A stretch of 64,000 nt of DNA. Source: Clostridia bacterium. Its GTDB lineage: Bacteria; Bacillota; Clostridia; Christensenellales; CAG-138. Position 1 is the stretch's first letter. Each line of letters starts with the position of its first letter. Of the stretch, positions 39,359-47,945 are shown in pieces. The notes below the pieces were generated by a model. That model saw nothing but the letters and a program-made list of their open reading frames with translations, ran no database searches and was not told the origin of the DNA. A program made the position numbers and the translations under genes. The stretch covers positions 12,276 to 76,275 of the forward strand of contig JAFXSG010000045.1 in NCBI GenBank assembly GCA_017525875.1, given 5' to 3'.

Positions 39359-39420
39359 AAAGGCAAAGAAAAAACAGCCCGTATGGCTGCTTTTCTTTGC
39401 TGGCTGCCGAACCTGGATTC
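39359..39420. repeat. intact 62-bp reference copy (terminator hairpin plus last 20 nt of tRNA-Gln)
   Basis: It equals 12961-12985 joined to 39197-39233. Confidence 0.9.
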
Positions 39421-39474
39421 GAACCAGGAATGAACGAGTCAGAGTCGTTAGTGTTACCGTTACACCATTCGGCA
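39401..39474 (-). tRNA. tRNA-Gln (anticodon CUG)
   Basis: Hand-folded cloverleaf: acceptor TGCCGAA/TTCGGCA, anticodon arm AACGA-CTCTGAC-TCGTT, T arm CCTGG-TTCGAAT-CCAGG, encoded CCA. 74 nt. Confidence 0.85.
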
Positions 39475-39488
39475 TCGTCCATCCCGTC

Positions 39489-39652
39489 GTGCCGTCCGCT
39501 TCGTTTATAATACCCGCCTCGAGAGGACAGGTATGGGTGCTTAGCTAACGCTTCCGGTACCCCTTAACACTCCGGGGAGTGGGGGCGCCTGCCACGGTTC
39601 GACTGAAGCCCCTAATGTAAAAGTGAGGGTTTATAATCGAAGCGTAACGCAC
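39489..39652 (-). ncRNA. candidate structured RNA of unknown class between two tRNA genes
   Basis: The ends form an interrupted closing helix of about 28 bp (39625-39652 pairs with 39489-39520, sharing the attataaac core) around a GC-rich 104-nt interior. No ORF. It lies in the same orientation inside the tRNA cluster. Confidence 0.25.
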
Positions 39653-39668
39653 ACCACAGGATAGAATA

Positions 39669-39745
39669 TGGTGGGATTAGTTGGGATCGAACCAACGACC
39701 TCTACGATGTCAACGTAGCGCTCTGACCAGCTGAGCTATAACCCC
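39669..39745 (-). tRNA. tRNA-Val (anticodon GAC)
   Basis: GGGGTTATAGCTCAGCTGGTCAGAGCGCTACGTTGACATCGTAGAGGTCGTTGGTTCGATCCCAACTAATCCCACCA folds as a canonical cloverleaf. 77 nt. Confidence 0.9.
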
Positions 39746-39903
39746 TAACGCGTAAACTATTATACACCAAATTTTTGATTTTGCAAGCCCTTTTGCAATT
39801 TTTTTTTGAAACAGTTTGTGGTATAATGTTCAAGCGGTGGTTTGAGGCGCGAAAAAACGCCAGAAATCCGCCAAAAATTAGTTTTTGATCACCGGAGGCC
39901 TGT

Positions 39904-40476
39904 ATGGCGTTTTTCACGAGCGGCGGCGATAAAGAAAAGCTTATGATACTCTATTCCCTCAAAAAGGCGGGCATACCGCTCTCCCGGGAACAGATAACCG
40001 CAGTCTTAAGCGAGCATGGGTGCAACTATATAACGATATCTCAGCACGTGATCGAGCTTGAAGAGACGGCATGCGTTGCGACGGTGCCGGCATACAGGCT
40101 CCAGACCATAGTGCTCACAAAGCGCGGTGAAGAGGTCGTGAACCTGTTCTCATCGATGCTGCCCAAGTCTCTGCGCGAGGGGATAGACGCCGTCGTTGCA
40201 GCAAAGCTCGATGACTTTCACCGGGAGAACACCGTCCAGGTAGAAACGCGCAGCCTGACGGACGGCAATTTCACCACTTCGCTCGCCCTTGTGGAAAACG
40301 GCGATGCGTTCTTTGAGATACGCATCAAGCTGCCTGCAGCCAAGTACACCCATATAGCGGAGCGCAGGTGGGACAAAGTCAGTAAAAAACTATACATGGA
40401 TACCCTGCTCGCCCTCACCACTGAGGACGATCCCGCACCGGATATCGACGTTCCGGAAGAAACTGCCGAGGAATAA
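39904..40476 (+). CDS. DUF4364-like (PadR-related) protein
   Basis: 190 aa; KLMILYSLKKAGIPLSREQITAVL has a winged-helix-like start. The family assignment is from memory. Confidence 0.5.
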   Translation: MAFFTSGGDKEKLMILYSLKKAGIPLSREQITAVLSEHGCNYITISQHVIELEETACVATVPAYRLQTIVLTKRGEEVVNLFSSMLPKSLREGIDAVVAAKLDDFHRENTVQVETRSLTDGNFTTSLALVENGDAFFEIRIKLPAAKYTHIAERRWDKVSKKLYMDTLLALTTEDDPAPDIDVPEETAEE

Positions 40477-40479
40477 AGA

Positions 40480-41382
40480 ATGAAGAATGCCAATGCGGAA
40501 ATAAAGCCTTTCAACCCATACGACCCTTCGTTCAACCCGAAGGAGGACGTGAAGACGCTGCTGCTCATCATAGCCGCCTGCCTTATCCAGAGCTTTGTGA
40601 TCAGCGCGTTCTACACGCCCAATCACTTCCTCTCGGGCGGCGTCACCGGTATCGCGATGCTCATTCAGTACGTCACGGGCGTTCCGCGCTTTGTGCCGCT
40701 TATCCTGCTCAACGTCCCGATCTGCATCATCGGACTCAAACACGTCAACCTCAAGTTCATCATCTTCAGTGCTACGGCAACGCTGCTGTACTCCGTATTT
40801 TTCTCGATACCGTTCATTGCGAATTTCAGAATCGACCTCGGTCCGGATTCGGAGATGCTCTCGATGATCGTCGGCGCGGCGCTGATCGGCTTTACGGGAG
40901 TCCCGGTCGTCAAGCGCGGTGCGACGCTCGGAGGTATGGACGTTTTGAGCGTAATCCTTTCCCGCAGGTTCTCGATCCAGATGGGAACTTTCAACATCGC
41001 GTATAACCTGGTCATTATGACGGCGCTCGGCTTTTTCTACGGCGTACGTCCCGCGCTGCTCTCGATGCTCGCAACGTTCATCGCAAACACCGCTTTCAAC
41101 TATGGCATGAACGGCTTCAACCGCAACATGACGGTGTTCATAATCAGCGAAAAATGGGACGAGATCGCTCCGCATGTTTTGAACGAGATGCATCGCGGCG
41201 TGACCTATCTGAACGGCGAAGGCGCGTACACCGGCCAACCACGCAAGATCGTCTACTGCATCGTGAAAACGACGGAGCTTGCAAAGCTCAAATCCATCGT
41301 GCGTAAGCTCGACAAGAACGCCTTGTTCTCGATCGTCGAGACAAAAGAGGTCGTCGGCCGCGGTTTTGCCGCCATGAACTGA
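40480..41382 (+). CDS. YitT family membrane protein (with DUF2179 C-terminal domain)
   Basis: IQSFVISAFYTPNHFLSGGVTGIAMLIQY plus the C-terminal block GVTYLNGEGAYTG...IVYCIV...E...LK.IV...D..A. Confidence 0.8.
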   Translation: MKNANAEIKPFNPYDPSFNPKEDVKTLLLIIAACLIQSFVISAFYTPNHFLSGGVTGIAMLIQYVTGVPRFVPLILLNVPICIIGLKHVNLKFIIFSATATLLYSVFFSIPFIANFRIDLGPDSEMLSMIVGAALIGFTGVPVVKRGATLGGMDVLSVILSRRFSIQMGTFNIAYNLVIMTALGFFYGVRPALLSMLATFIANTAFNYGMNGFNRNMTVFIISEKWDEIAPHVLNEMHRGVTYLNGEGAYTGQPRKIVYCIVKTTELAKLKSIVRKLDKNALFSIVETKEVVGRGFAAMN

Positions 41383-41405
41383 CACGGTCCCAAATACAAA
41401 ACAAA

Positions 41406-41445
41406 AGCACCCCGCTTGCGGCTGCAGGCGGGGTGCTCGTTTGTT
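41406..41445 (+). terminator. rho-independent terminator
   Basis: Stem agcaccccgc/gcggggtgct followed by cgTTTGTT. Confidence 0.6.
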
Positions 41446-41455
41446 ATGCAGGCGT

Positions 41456-42244
41456 TTAGCCGACCACGCGGCCGACTATACGCAGATCGGAAAAGGCTTC
41501 GGGCACTATCGGTGCGTACTTCGGGTTCACGGAGATCAGGCGGATACCGTTCTCCTGATCGAACTTTTTGCAGTAGGCTTCGCCGTTGAGCAGGAAAATA
41601 CCGATGTCGCCGCTCTCGAGCTCCGGCTGCTGATGCACGTAAACGATCTGTCCGTCGACGAACAGGGGAGCCATGGAATCGCCGCTGATGCGAACGGCAA
41701 ATGTCGCCGCTTCGGGAACGCTGTCGTCCGCGTCGATCATGGTGTATGATTCCCCGTCCAGGAAAACACCGCGGCCTGCGGACGCCGGCAGGTCGTAGAG
41801 GGGGATCTGGCGGAAGATGCGTTCCTTTTCCGGACGGACGGAAAAGTACGGGTTCTCGGAAAGCATGCCGATGTATTCATTTGCGCGTTCGCGCCCCAGC
41901 TTGTTGAGCCCCAGGAAAGGATCGTTTGCGGAAGGCGTGCCGCGGAAGGCAAACTGTATGTCCGTGACGCCGTAGAGCCGCATCAGACAGATGAACTGCT
42001 GCGCGTCGGGCAGACTGTCGCCCGTTTCCCATTTGCTTACGGCACGGTTGGTGATGGGTTCGCGTCCAAGCAGTATGGCGCATTCTCGGCTGACCTCGTC
42101 CGCCACCTGCTGCTGGTTGAGCCCACGGCTTTTACGCAGCGCAGCAAGCCTTTCACCGAATGAGGCGGAAGACGTGTCCGCCTGTTCCGCAGTTTTTTTG
42201 CGATCGGTTTTTTTCGTTCCCTTTGCGTCGATATCACTGATCAT
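41456..42244 (-). CDS. LexA/HdiR-like repressor (XRE HTH plus S24 peptidase domain)
   Basis: FGERLAALRKSRGLNQQQVADEV HTH and C-terminal VRISGDSMAPLF...GDIGIFLLNGEAYCKKF (S24 Ser/Lys pattern). Start MISDID (42244), 6 nt after GGGAGGG. Confidence 0.75.
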   Translation of the reverse strand: MISDIDAKGTKKTDRKKTAEQADTSSASFGERLAALRKSRGLNQQQVADEVSRECAILLGREPITNRAVSKWETGDSLPDAQQFICLMRLYGVTDIQFAFRGTPSANDPFLGLNKLGRERANEYIGMLSENPYFSVRPEKERIFRQIPLYDLPASAGRGVFLDGESYTMIDADDSVPEAATFAVRISGDSMAPLFVDGQIVYVHQQPELESGDIGIFLLNGEAYCKKFDQENGIRLISVNPKYAPIVPEAFSDLRIVGRVVG

Positions 42245-42290
42245 GTTCATCCCTCCCGTGGCTTTCGCCCGTTTTTCTTTTGATGTGTAC

Positions 42291-42319
42291 ATTATATCGT
42301 ACAGCCTGGGGGATTGCAA
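42291..42319 (-). promoter_or_regulatory. promoter of the LexA-like gene with an overlapping palindromic operator
   Basis: Minus strand reads TTGCAA, 17 bp, TATAAT. The palindrome TGTAC-N8-GTACA (42286-42303) brackets the -10 box. Confidence 0.5.
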
Positions 42320-42361
42320 GCACTTTTTGCATAAAAATCTCTTTTTTGGAGAAAAAATATC

Positions 42362-42390
42362 TTTACATCTCTTAAAAGGACTGCTATACT
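42362..42390 (+). promoter_or_regulatory. promoter of dinB
   Basis: TTTACA, 17 bp, TGcTATACT (extended -10), about 25-90 nt upstream of the candidate dinB starts. Confidence 0.5.
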
Positions 42391-42413
42391 GCAATTAATC
42401 TATAAATGGGAGA

Positions 42414-43712
42414 ATGTCAAACCGAAAGAAAACGATGCGCAGGGGGGTGCCGATGCTGCAGGCGGTACAGGGCGAAAGAATGGGCAGGAGTATCCTGCAC
42501 GTGGATATAAACAATTTCTACGCAAGCGTGGAAGTCAGGGACAACCCGACGCTTGCCGGCCTGCCGGTCGCCGTATGCGGCGATGCGGAAGCAAGGCACG
42601 GCATCATCCTCGCAAAGAACTACAAGGCCAAGGAATTCGGCGTTCAGACGGCGGAGGCGATATGGCAGGCGAAGCGGAAATGCCCGGAACTCAAACTTGT
42701 TCCGTGCCATTTCGAAAAGTACGAAAAGGTGACGGCGGAGAGCCGCAAGCTACTTTTGACTTACAGCGACCGTGTGGAGCCGTTCGGCATGGATGAAGCG
42801 TGGGTGGATATCAGCCCCTACGCACCCACGGCAGAAGCGGCGGAGGGGATCGCGGATGAGATACGCGCTCATTACAAAAACGATCTCGGGCTGACGGCCT
42901 CTGTCGGCGTCAGCTTCAATAAGATCTTTGCAAAGCTCGGCTCGGACATGAAAAAGCCGGATGCAACGACCGTCATCACACCGGGCAATTTCAAAAGCAA
43001 GATCTGGCGGCTGCCGGTTGAGGATCTGCTGTTCGTGGGGCGAAAAACTCAGCGGAAACTGAACCTTCGCGGCGTGCATACGATCGGTGACCTTGCAAAT
43101 GTGAACGAGGAGCTCGTGCGCGCCTGGCTCGGGAAATGGGGCTCGGATCTGCGCTTCTGCGCAAACGGGCTTGACAGGACGCCGGTCGTACCGATGGGCA
43201 GCGAAGCGGCGGTGAAAAGCATCGGCAACAGCTTTACGCCGCCCGGAGACCTGCATAACGAGCGTGAGGCGCACGCGCTGATACACGCGCTCAGCGAGAG
43301 CGTGGCAACGCGCATGAGGCGGAACGGAGTGCTCGCGTCGGTCGTAGTGCTTGCTCTCAGGGACAGCGAACTCTTTTCATTCGAGCGGCAGACGCGCCTT
43401 TCAAGGCCGACGAATATAGCGCTCGAGATCCGTGACGCTGCGCTCGTCCTTCTTCGAGAGAATTGGAACTTCATCCGTCCTCTGCGCAGCCTCGGCGTCC
43501 GCGGGACAGGGCTCGTTTCGGAGCAGACTCCCGTTCAGCTCAGCCTTTTTGATGACGATGGAGCAAGTGAACGCCGGCTCGCTGCGGAGCGCGCTGTGGA
43601 TACTGTCCGCGAAAAATACGGCAAAACAAGCATACTTGCCGGTCGGGTGTTTGCTCAAAAAACCGCGGCAAAGGCGCTCGACATGAATTATGCGCCTCGC
43701 GCAATGCGGTGA
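42414..43712 (+). CDS. dinB: DNA polymerase IV (Y-family)
   Basis: ILHVDINNFYASVEVRDNP..LPVAV, then the YSDRVEPFGMDEAWVDIS motifs. The true start may be ATG 42480 (MGRSILHVD). Confidence 0.9.
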   Translation: MSNRKKTMRRGVPMLQAVQGERMGRSILHVDINNFYASVEVRDNPTLAGLPVAVCGDAEARHGIILAKNYKAKEFGVQTAEAIWQAKRKCPELKLVPCHFEKYEKVTAESRKLLLTYSDRVEPFGMDEAWVDISPYAPTAEAAEGIADEIRAHYKNDLGLTASVGVSFNKIFAKLGSDMKKPDATTVITPGNFKSKIWRLPVEDLLFVGRKTQRKLNLRGVHTIGDLANVNEELVRAWLGKWGSDLRFCANGLDRTPVVPMGSEAAVKSIGNSFTPPGDLHNEREAHALIHALSESVATRMRRNGVLASVVVLALRDSELFSFERQTRLSRPTNIALEIRDAALVLLRENWNFIRPLRSLGVRGTGLVSEQTPVQLSLFDDDGASERRLAAERAVDTVREKYGKTSILAGRVFAQKTAAKALDMNYAPRAMR

Positions 43713-43792
43713 AAGCACAAAAGATTTGTCCTTCCTGATTGCAAACAGATGAAAGATATGGTAATATATTAATACACAGGGAGGATATCATC

Positions 43793-44806
43793 ATGGAAAC
43801 CGAAAAGAAAAAGATAAAGCGCATTGGCGTTCTGACCAGCGGCGGCGACGCTCCCGGCATGAATGCGGCCGTGCGCGCCGTCGTGAGGACGGCAGTTGCC
43901 CACGGTATCGAATGCGTCGGCATTCGCCGCGGCTGGCAAGGCCTCATCAACAGCGATTTCATCCCGCTTAAGAAGGACAGCGTTTCGCATATACTGCCGG
44001 CGGGCGGTACTATGCTCTATACTGCCAGGAGCGAGGAATTCATGCAGCCCGGCGGGCGGCAGAAGGCAGTCGCGACCTGCAAAATGCTTGGTCTTGACGG
44101 CATAGTCACCATCGGCGGAGACGGAACTTTCCGCGGCGCGCTCGAGCTTTCGCGCCTCGGAGTTCCTACGGTCGGCATTCCCGCAACGATCGACAACGAC
44201 GTCGGCTGTTCACACTATACCATCGGCTTTGATACGGCCTGCAACACCGCGGTCGAATGTATCGACCGCCTCAGGGATACAATGCAGTCCCACGAGCGCT
44301 GTTCCGTCGTGGAGGTCATGGGCAGGAACGCCGGCTTCCTCGCGCTGTACGTCGGCATTGCCGTTGGCGCGTCAACGGTGCTCGTTCCGGAACGTAAAGT
44401 GGATTTCCAGAAGGACGTAATAGAGCGCATCCAGTACTCACGCCTTGCAGGCAACACGCATTTTATGATCGTTGTTGCGGAAGGCGCAGGCAGCGCTGTG
44501 GATATCGGCAAGCAGATCCACGACGCTCTGGGCATCGAGCCCCGCGTCACGGTCCTCGGCCATATCCAGCGCGGCGGCTCGCCCACCGCAAGGGATCGTG
44601 AGATGGCTACGCGCATGGGTTATTCCGCGGTGAAAGCAATGGCGGAAGGCAGATACAACAGCATAGTTGCCACCAAGGAAGGCAGCATCATCGAGATCCC
44701 GATCGAAGAGGCGCTGCAGATGAAAAAACATCTTCAGATGGATCGTTACAACATCATGCAGACCATGCAACTCGGCGGCATCTCCGATTATACCGACGAT
44801 TTCTGA
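43793..44806 (+). CDS. pfkA: ATP-dependent 6-phosphofructokinase
   Basis: IGVLTSGGDAPGMNAAVRAVVR, IGGDGTF, PATIDND, VEVMGR, LGHIQRGG. Start after AGGGAGGA. Confidence 0.9.
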   Translation: METEKKKIKRIGVLTSGGDAPGMNAAVRAVVRTAVAHGIECVGIRRGWQGLINSDFIPLKKDSVSHILPAGGTMLYTARSEEFMQPGGRQKAVATCKMLGLDGIVTIGGDGTFRGALELSRLGVPTVGIPATIDNDVGCSHYTIGFDTACNTAVECIDRLRDTMQSHERCSVVEVMGRNAGFLALYVGIAVGASTVLVPERKVDFQKDVIERIQYSRLAGNTHFMIVVAEGAGSAVDIGKQIHDALGIEPRVTVLGHIQRGGSPTARDREMATRMGYSAVKAMAEGRYNSIVATKEGSIIEIPIEEALQMKKHLQMDRYNIMQTMQLGGISDYTDDF

Positions 44807-44833
44807 TCCCGCAGAGAATAAAGCACAAACACG

Positions 44834-44863
44834 CTCCGCCGCACAGCGCGGCGGAGTTTTTAT
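44834..44863 (+). terminator. rho-independent terminator after pfkA
   Basis: Stem ctccgccgc/gcggcggag plus TTTTTATT. Confidence 0.8.
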
Positions 44864-44961
44864 TGCCGAAAAAACGCGGCACAGGTCGTTTCGCGGGTGT
44901 TATTCACAGCGCGTTTGTGGTATAATCAAACCGAAAAACAACCTTCAAGGAGGATGGAATA

Positions 44962-46425
44962 ATGCCCTGTACAACAGTTCTCGTCGGCAAAAAAGCCGCG
45001 AATGACAATTCAACCATGATCGCCCGCACGGACGACGGATTTTTCGATGAAAAAAAGCTGATCGTCGTCGAGCCGAAGGATCAGAAACGGAAGTACAAAA
45101 GTGTGATCTCCCACGTTGAGATCGAGCTTCCCGCCGATCCCATGCGTTATACCTCCTGCCCGAGCGTCGACCCCAAACACGGCATTTGGGCGGCTACCGG
45201 CATAAACGCCGCAAACGTAGGCATGACCGCTACGGAGACTATCACATCAAACCCGCGCGTGCTGGCTGCGGACCCGATGGTGGAGTTCAAAAAAGCAAAG
45301 ACCCGTCGTGAGAAGGACGTACCCGGCGGCATCGGCGAAGAGGATATCGTCGTGCTCGTACTGCCCTATATCAAAACCGCCCGCGAAGGCGTTCTCCGCC
45401 TTGCGTCCCTGCTCGAACAGTACGGCACCTATGAATCGAACGGCATTGCATTCAACGATGAAAACGAGGTCTGGTGGATGGAGACCATCGGCGGCCATCA
45501 CTGGATGGCAAAGCGCGTTCCCGATGACGTCGTGGTCGTGATGCCCAATCAGTTCGGCATGGACAGTTTCGACCTTGACGACGCGTTCGGCGCGAAAAAG
45601 GCACATCTCTGCTCCGCCGATCTTCGCGAGTTCATCCGCGACAACGATCTCGACCTCAACCAGAACGGCGTGTTCAACCCGAGGGATATCTTCGGCTCAC
45701 ATACCGACATGGACCACATCTACAACACTCCCAGAGCCTGGTTCATGGGCAGGTTCCTGACTCCAAAGACCCACCGCTGGGAGGGAGAGAACGCGGAGTT
45801 CACGCCCGAGAGCGACAATATCCCGTGGAGCTTCGTTCCGGACCGCAAGGTCGCCGTGGAGGACGTCAAATACATGCTATCCTCAAACTATCAGGGAACG
45901 CCCTACAATCCTTATTCCAATCAGGATACGGGCAAGCGCGGCATGTACCGTTCGATCGGCATCAACCGCACGGGCGTGACCTCCGTCTGCCAGATCCGTT
46001 CCGGTGTTCCGGATCCTATCCGCGGCATAGAGTGGATCTGTTTCGGCTCCACAACTTTCGACGCGCTCCTGCCCGTCTACACGAACGTCCCGAAGATGCC
46101 CGCGTACCTTTCCAAAGTCACGATGGACGTTTCCACCGAAAACTTTTATTGGGGCAGCCGCCTCATCGGTGCGCTTGCAGACCATAACTACAATACCTGC
46201 ATCCAGCTGATAGAGCGCTATCAGAATGCGGTCATCACCAAGGGCAGAACGCTCGTTCGTGAATACGATAAAAAGATGATCGACAGCGGTGATTTCTTGC
46301 TTGCGGCGGAGGCTAACGAAGCGCTTGCCTCTATGGCAAAGGAGCAGACGACGAGCACCCTGAACAAGGTCCTTCGCGATGCGAGCATCCACATGAAGAA
46401 CGGCTACAACAGGGCCGATAACTGA
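44962..46425 (+). CDS. C69 family dipeptidase
   Basis: N-terminus MPCTTVLVGKKA..DNSTMIARTDD, with the nucleophile Cys at position 3 typical of C69/PepD. Confidence 0.85.
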   Translation: MPCTTVLVGKKAANDNSTMIARTDDGFFDEKKLIVVEPKDQKRKYKSVISHVEIELPADPMRYTSCPSVDPKHGIWAATGINAANVGMTATETITSNPRVLAADPMVEFKKAKTRREKDVPGGIGEEDIVVLVLPYIKTAREGVLRLASLLEQYGTYESNGIAFNDENEVWWMETIGGHHWMAKRVPDDVVVVMPNQFGMDSFDLDDAFGAKKAHLCSADLREFIRDNDLDLNQNGVFNPRDIFGSHTDMDHIYNTPRAWFMGRFLTPKTHRWEGENAEFTPESDNIPWSFVPDRKVAVEDVKYMLSSNYQGTPYNPYSNQDTGKRGMYRSIGINRTGVTSVCQIRSGVPDPIRGIEWICFGSTTFDALLPVYTNVPKMPAYLSKVTMDVSTENFYWGSRLIGALADHNYNTCIQLIERYQNAVITKGRTLVREYDKKMIDSGDFLLAAEANEALASMAKEQTTSTLNKVLRDASIHMKNGYNRADN

Positions 46426-46429
46426 CGGT

Positions 46430-47398
46430 ATGAAGGCTGCACCAACAGGGGCGGGAGTGTTCCCGAAGCTCAATAAAGAAAAAACACGTGAGGTTTTCGC
46501 CCGGGCTTACGAGCTGGGCCTTAAAGCCGCGCCCGAAGGCAGGGTCGCGGACTATATCCCGGAGCTTGCAAAGGCCGATCCAAACGCTTTCGGCATTTAT
46601 ATGCTCAATGGGGAGGGTGAGAGCCTGGCCTTCGGCGACGTAGGCACGAGGTTTTCAATTCAATCCGTCTGCAAGGTGATAATCCTTGCGATCGCTTTAA
46701 AATTCAAGGGCTTTGAGGAGACGTTCAAGCACGTCATGATGGAGCCATCTGGCGATTCGTTCAACTCGATCCTGAAGCTCGACCTTCGAAGCAACCTGCC
46801 TTTCAACCCAATGATAAACGCCGGCGCGATACAGACCGTCAGCATGCTCGCAAACGATTTCGAGTTTGAGGAGATCATGCAGTTCGCCAGGGAACTCTGT
46901 ATGGACCCTAACATCGTTCTCGATGAAGCGGTCTATAAAAGCGAGGCGGAGACGGGCGACCGCAACCGGGCGATCGTGTACCTGCTCAAGAGCAAGGGCG
47001 TTCTGATGGCGGATCCTGAAAAAACAGTGGATCTGTATTTCAAGCTCTGCTCGCTTTCCGTCAACGCTCGCTCTCTTGCCGCGCTCGGCCTCGTGATCTC
47101 AAACGGAGGTGTGAACCCGTTCTCAGGTGAAAACTGGATCGAACCGAACCACGTCCGTACGCTCAAAAGCATCATGTTCACCTGCGGGATGTATGATTTC
47201 TCGGGAGAATTCGGCGTCAGGGTGGGCGTTCCGAGCAAGAGCGGCGTCGGCGGCGGGATCGTCTGCGCAGCGCGCGGTCCGATGGGCATTGGTCTGTACG
47301 GCCCCTCGCTCGATCCCTACGGCAACAGCATCGCTGCGGTGAGGGCAATGGAGCATATCTCTGAAGAACTCGATCTGCACGTTTTCGACTATCTGTGA
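46430..47398 (+). CDS. glsA: glutaminase A
   Basis: SVCKVIILAIAL, NPMINAGAI and VPSKSGVGGGI motifs of the serine-dependent glutaminase family. Confidence 0.9.
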   Translation: MKAAPTGAGVFPKLNKEKTREVFARAYELGLKAAPEGRVADYIPELAKADPNAFGIYMLNGEGESLAFGDVGTRFSIQSVCKVIILAIALKFKGFEETFKHVMMEPSGDSFNSILKLDLRSNLPFNPMINAGAIQTVSMLANDFEFEEIMQFARELCMDPNIVLDEAVYKSEAETGDRNRAIVYLLKSKGVLMADPEKTVDLYFKLCSLSVNARSLAALGLVISNGGVNPFSGENWIEPNHVRTLKSIMFTCGMYDFSGEFGVRVGVPSKSGVGGGIVCAARGPMGIGLYGPSLDPYGNSIAAVRAMEHISEELDLHVFDYL

Positions 47399-47399
47399 T

Positions 47400-47945
47400 A
47401 TGAGCACGATGAACACATACACGGGCCGCAAATTCGACCCGATGACCATAACTCCGGCCGATATCGACGGGCTGGACATCGCCCACGCACTCAGCATGAT
47501 GTGCAGGGGCAACGGGCATCTGCGCCGTTTCTATTCGGTAGCCCAGCATTCTCTGAACTGCGCAAGGGAAGCGCAGGCCCGCCGATTTGATCGCCGCACC
47601 GTGCTTGCATGTTTGCTCCATGATGCATCGGAAGCCTACATTGCGGATATAATCCGCCCGGTAAAGGAGCATCTCCCCAACTATATGGAGATCGAAAGTG
47701 CGGTCATGGAAGCCGTGTTCGCCCGCTTCGGGCTTTCGGATCTTGATGAAGAGGAGCATGCAGCATGGAAGCTGATCGACGATGACCTGCTTGAAACGGA
47801 GCTTCACGCGCTTCTGCCCGGCGAGGAGGAAAGGGTCCCGGTGCCGCTTATGAGCGAACCGGACCTTGCCGAATACAGCTGCCGGCAGATCGAGCATGAA
47901 TTCCTCGAGATGCTCGAAGAACTGATAAACCGAGAATGGCGATAA
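47400..47945 (+). CDS. HD-domain phosphohydrolase
   Basis: SVAQHS...LLHDASEAYIADIIRPVK gives the H...HD...D pattern. Confidence 0.7.
   Translation: MSTMNTYTGRKFDPMTITPADIDGLDIAHALSMMCRGNGHLRRFYSVAQHSLNCAREAQARRFDRRTVLACLLHDASEAYIADIIRPVKEHLPNYMEIESAVMEAVFARFGLSDLDEEEHAAWKLIDDDLLETELHALLPGEEERVPVPLMSEPDLAEYSCRQIEHEFLEMLEELINREWR

Noticed and set aside
38732-39548. ORFs 38732-39286 (+), 39171-39482 (-), 39242-39475 (-) and 39351-39548 (+)
   Set aside because: They run through the element terminus, the tRNA-Gln repeat copies and the tRNA gene itself. They are not coding.
40390-41385. 331-aa minus-strand ORF opposite the YitT gene
   Set aside because: It has a charged, low-complexity composition, while the plus-strand product is a clear YitT/DUF2179 protein.
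42245-42413. Canonical Firmicute SOS (Cheo) box GAAC-N4-GTTC between the LexA-like gene and dinB
   Set aside because: The motif is not present in the intergenic sequence. I reported the TGTAC-N8-GTACA palindrome instead.
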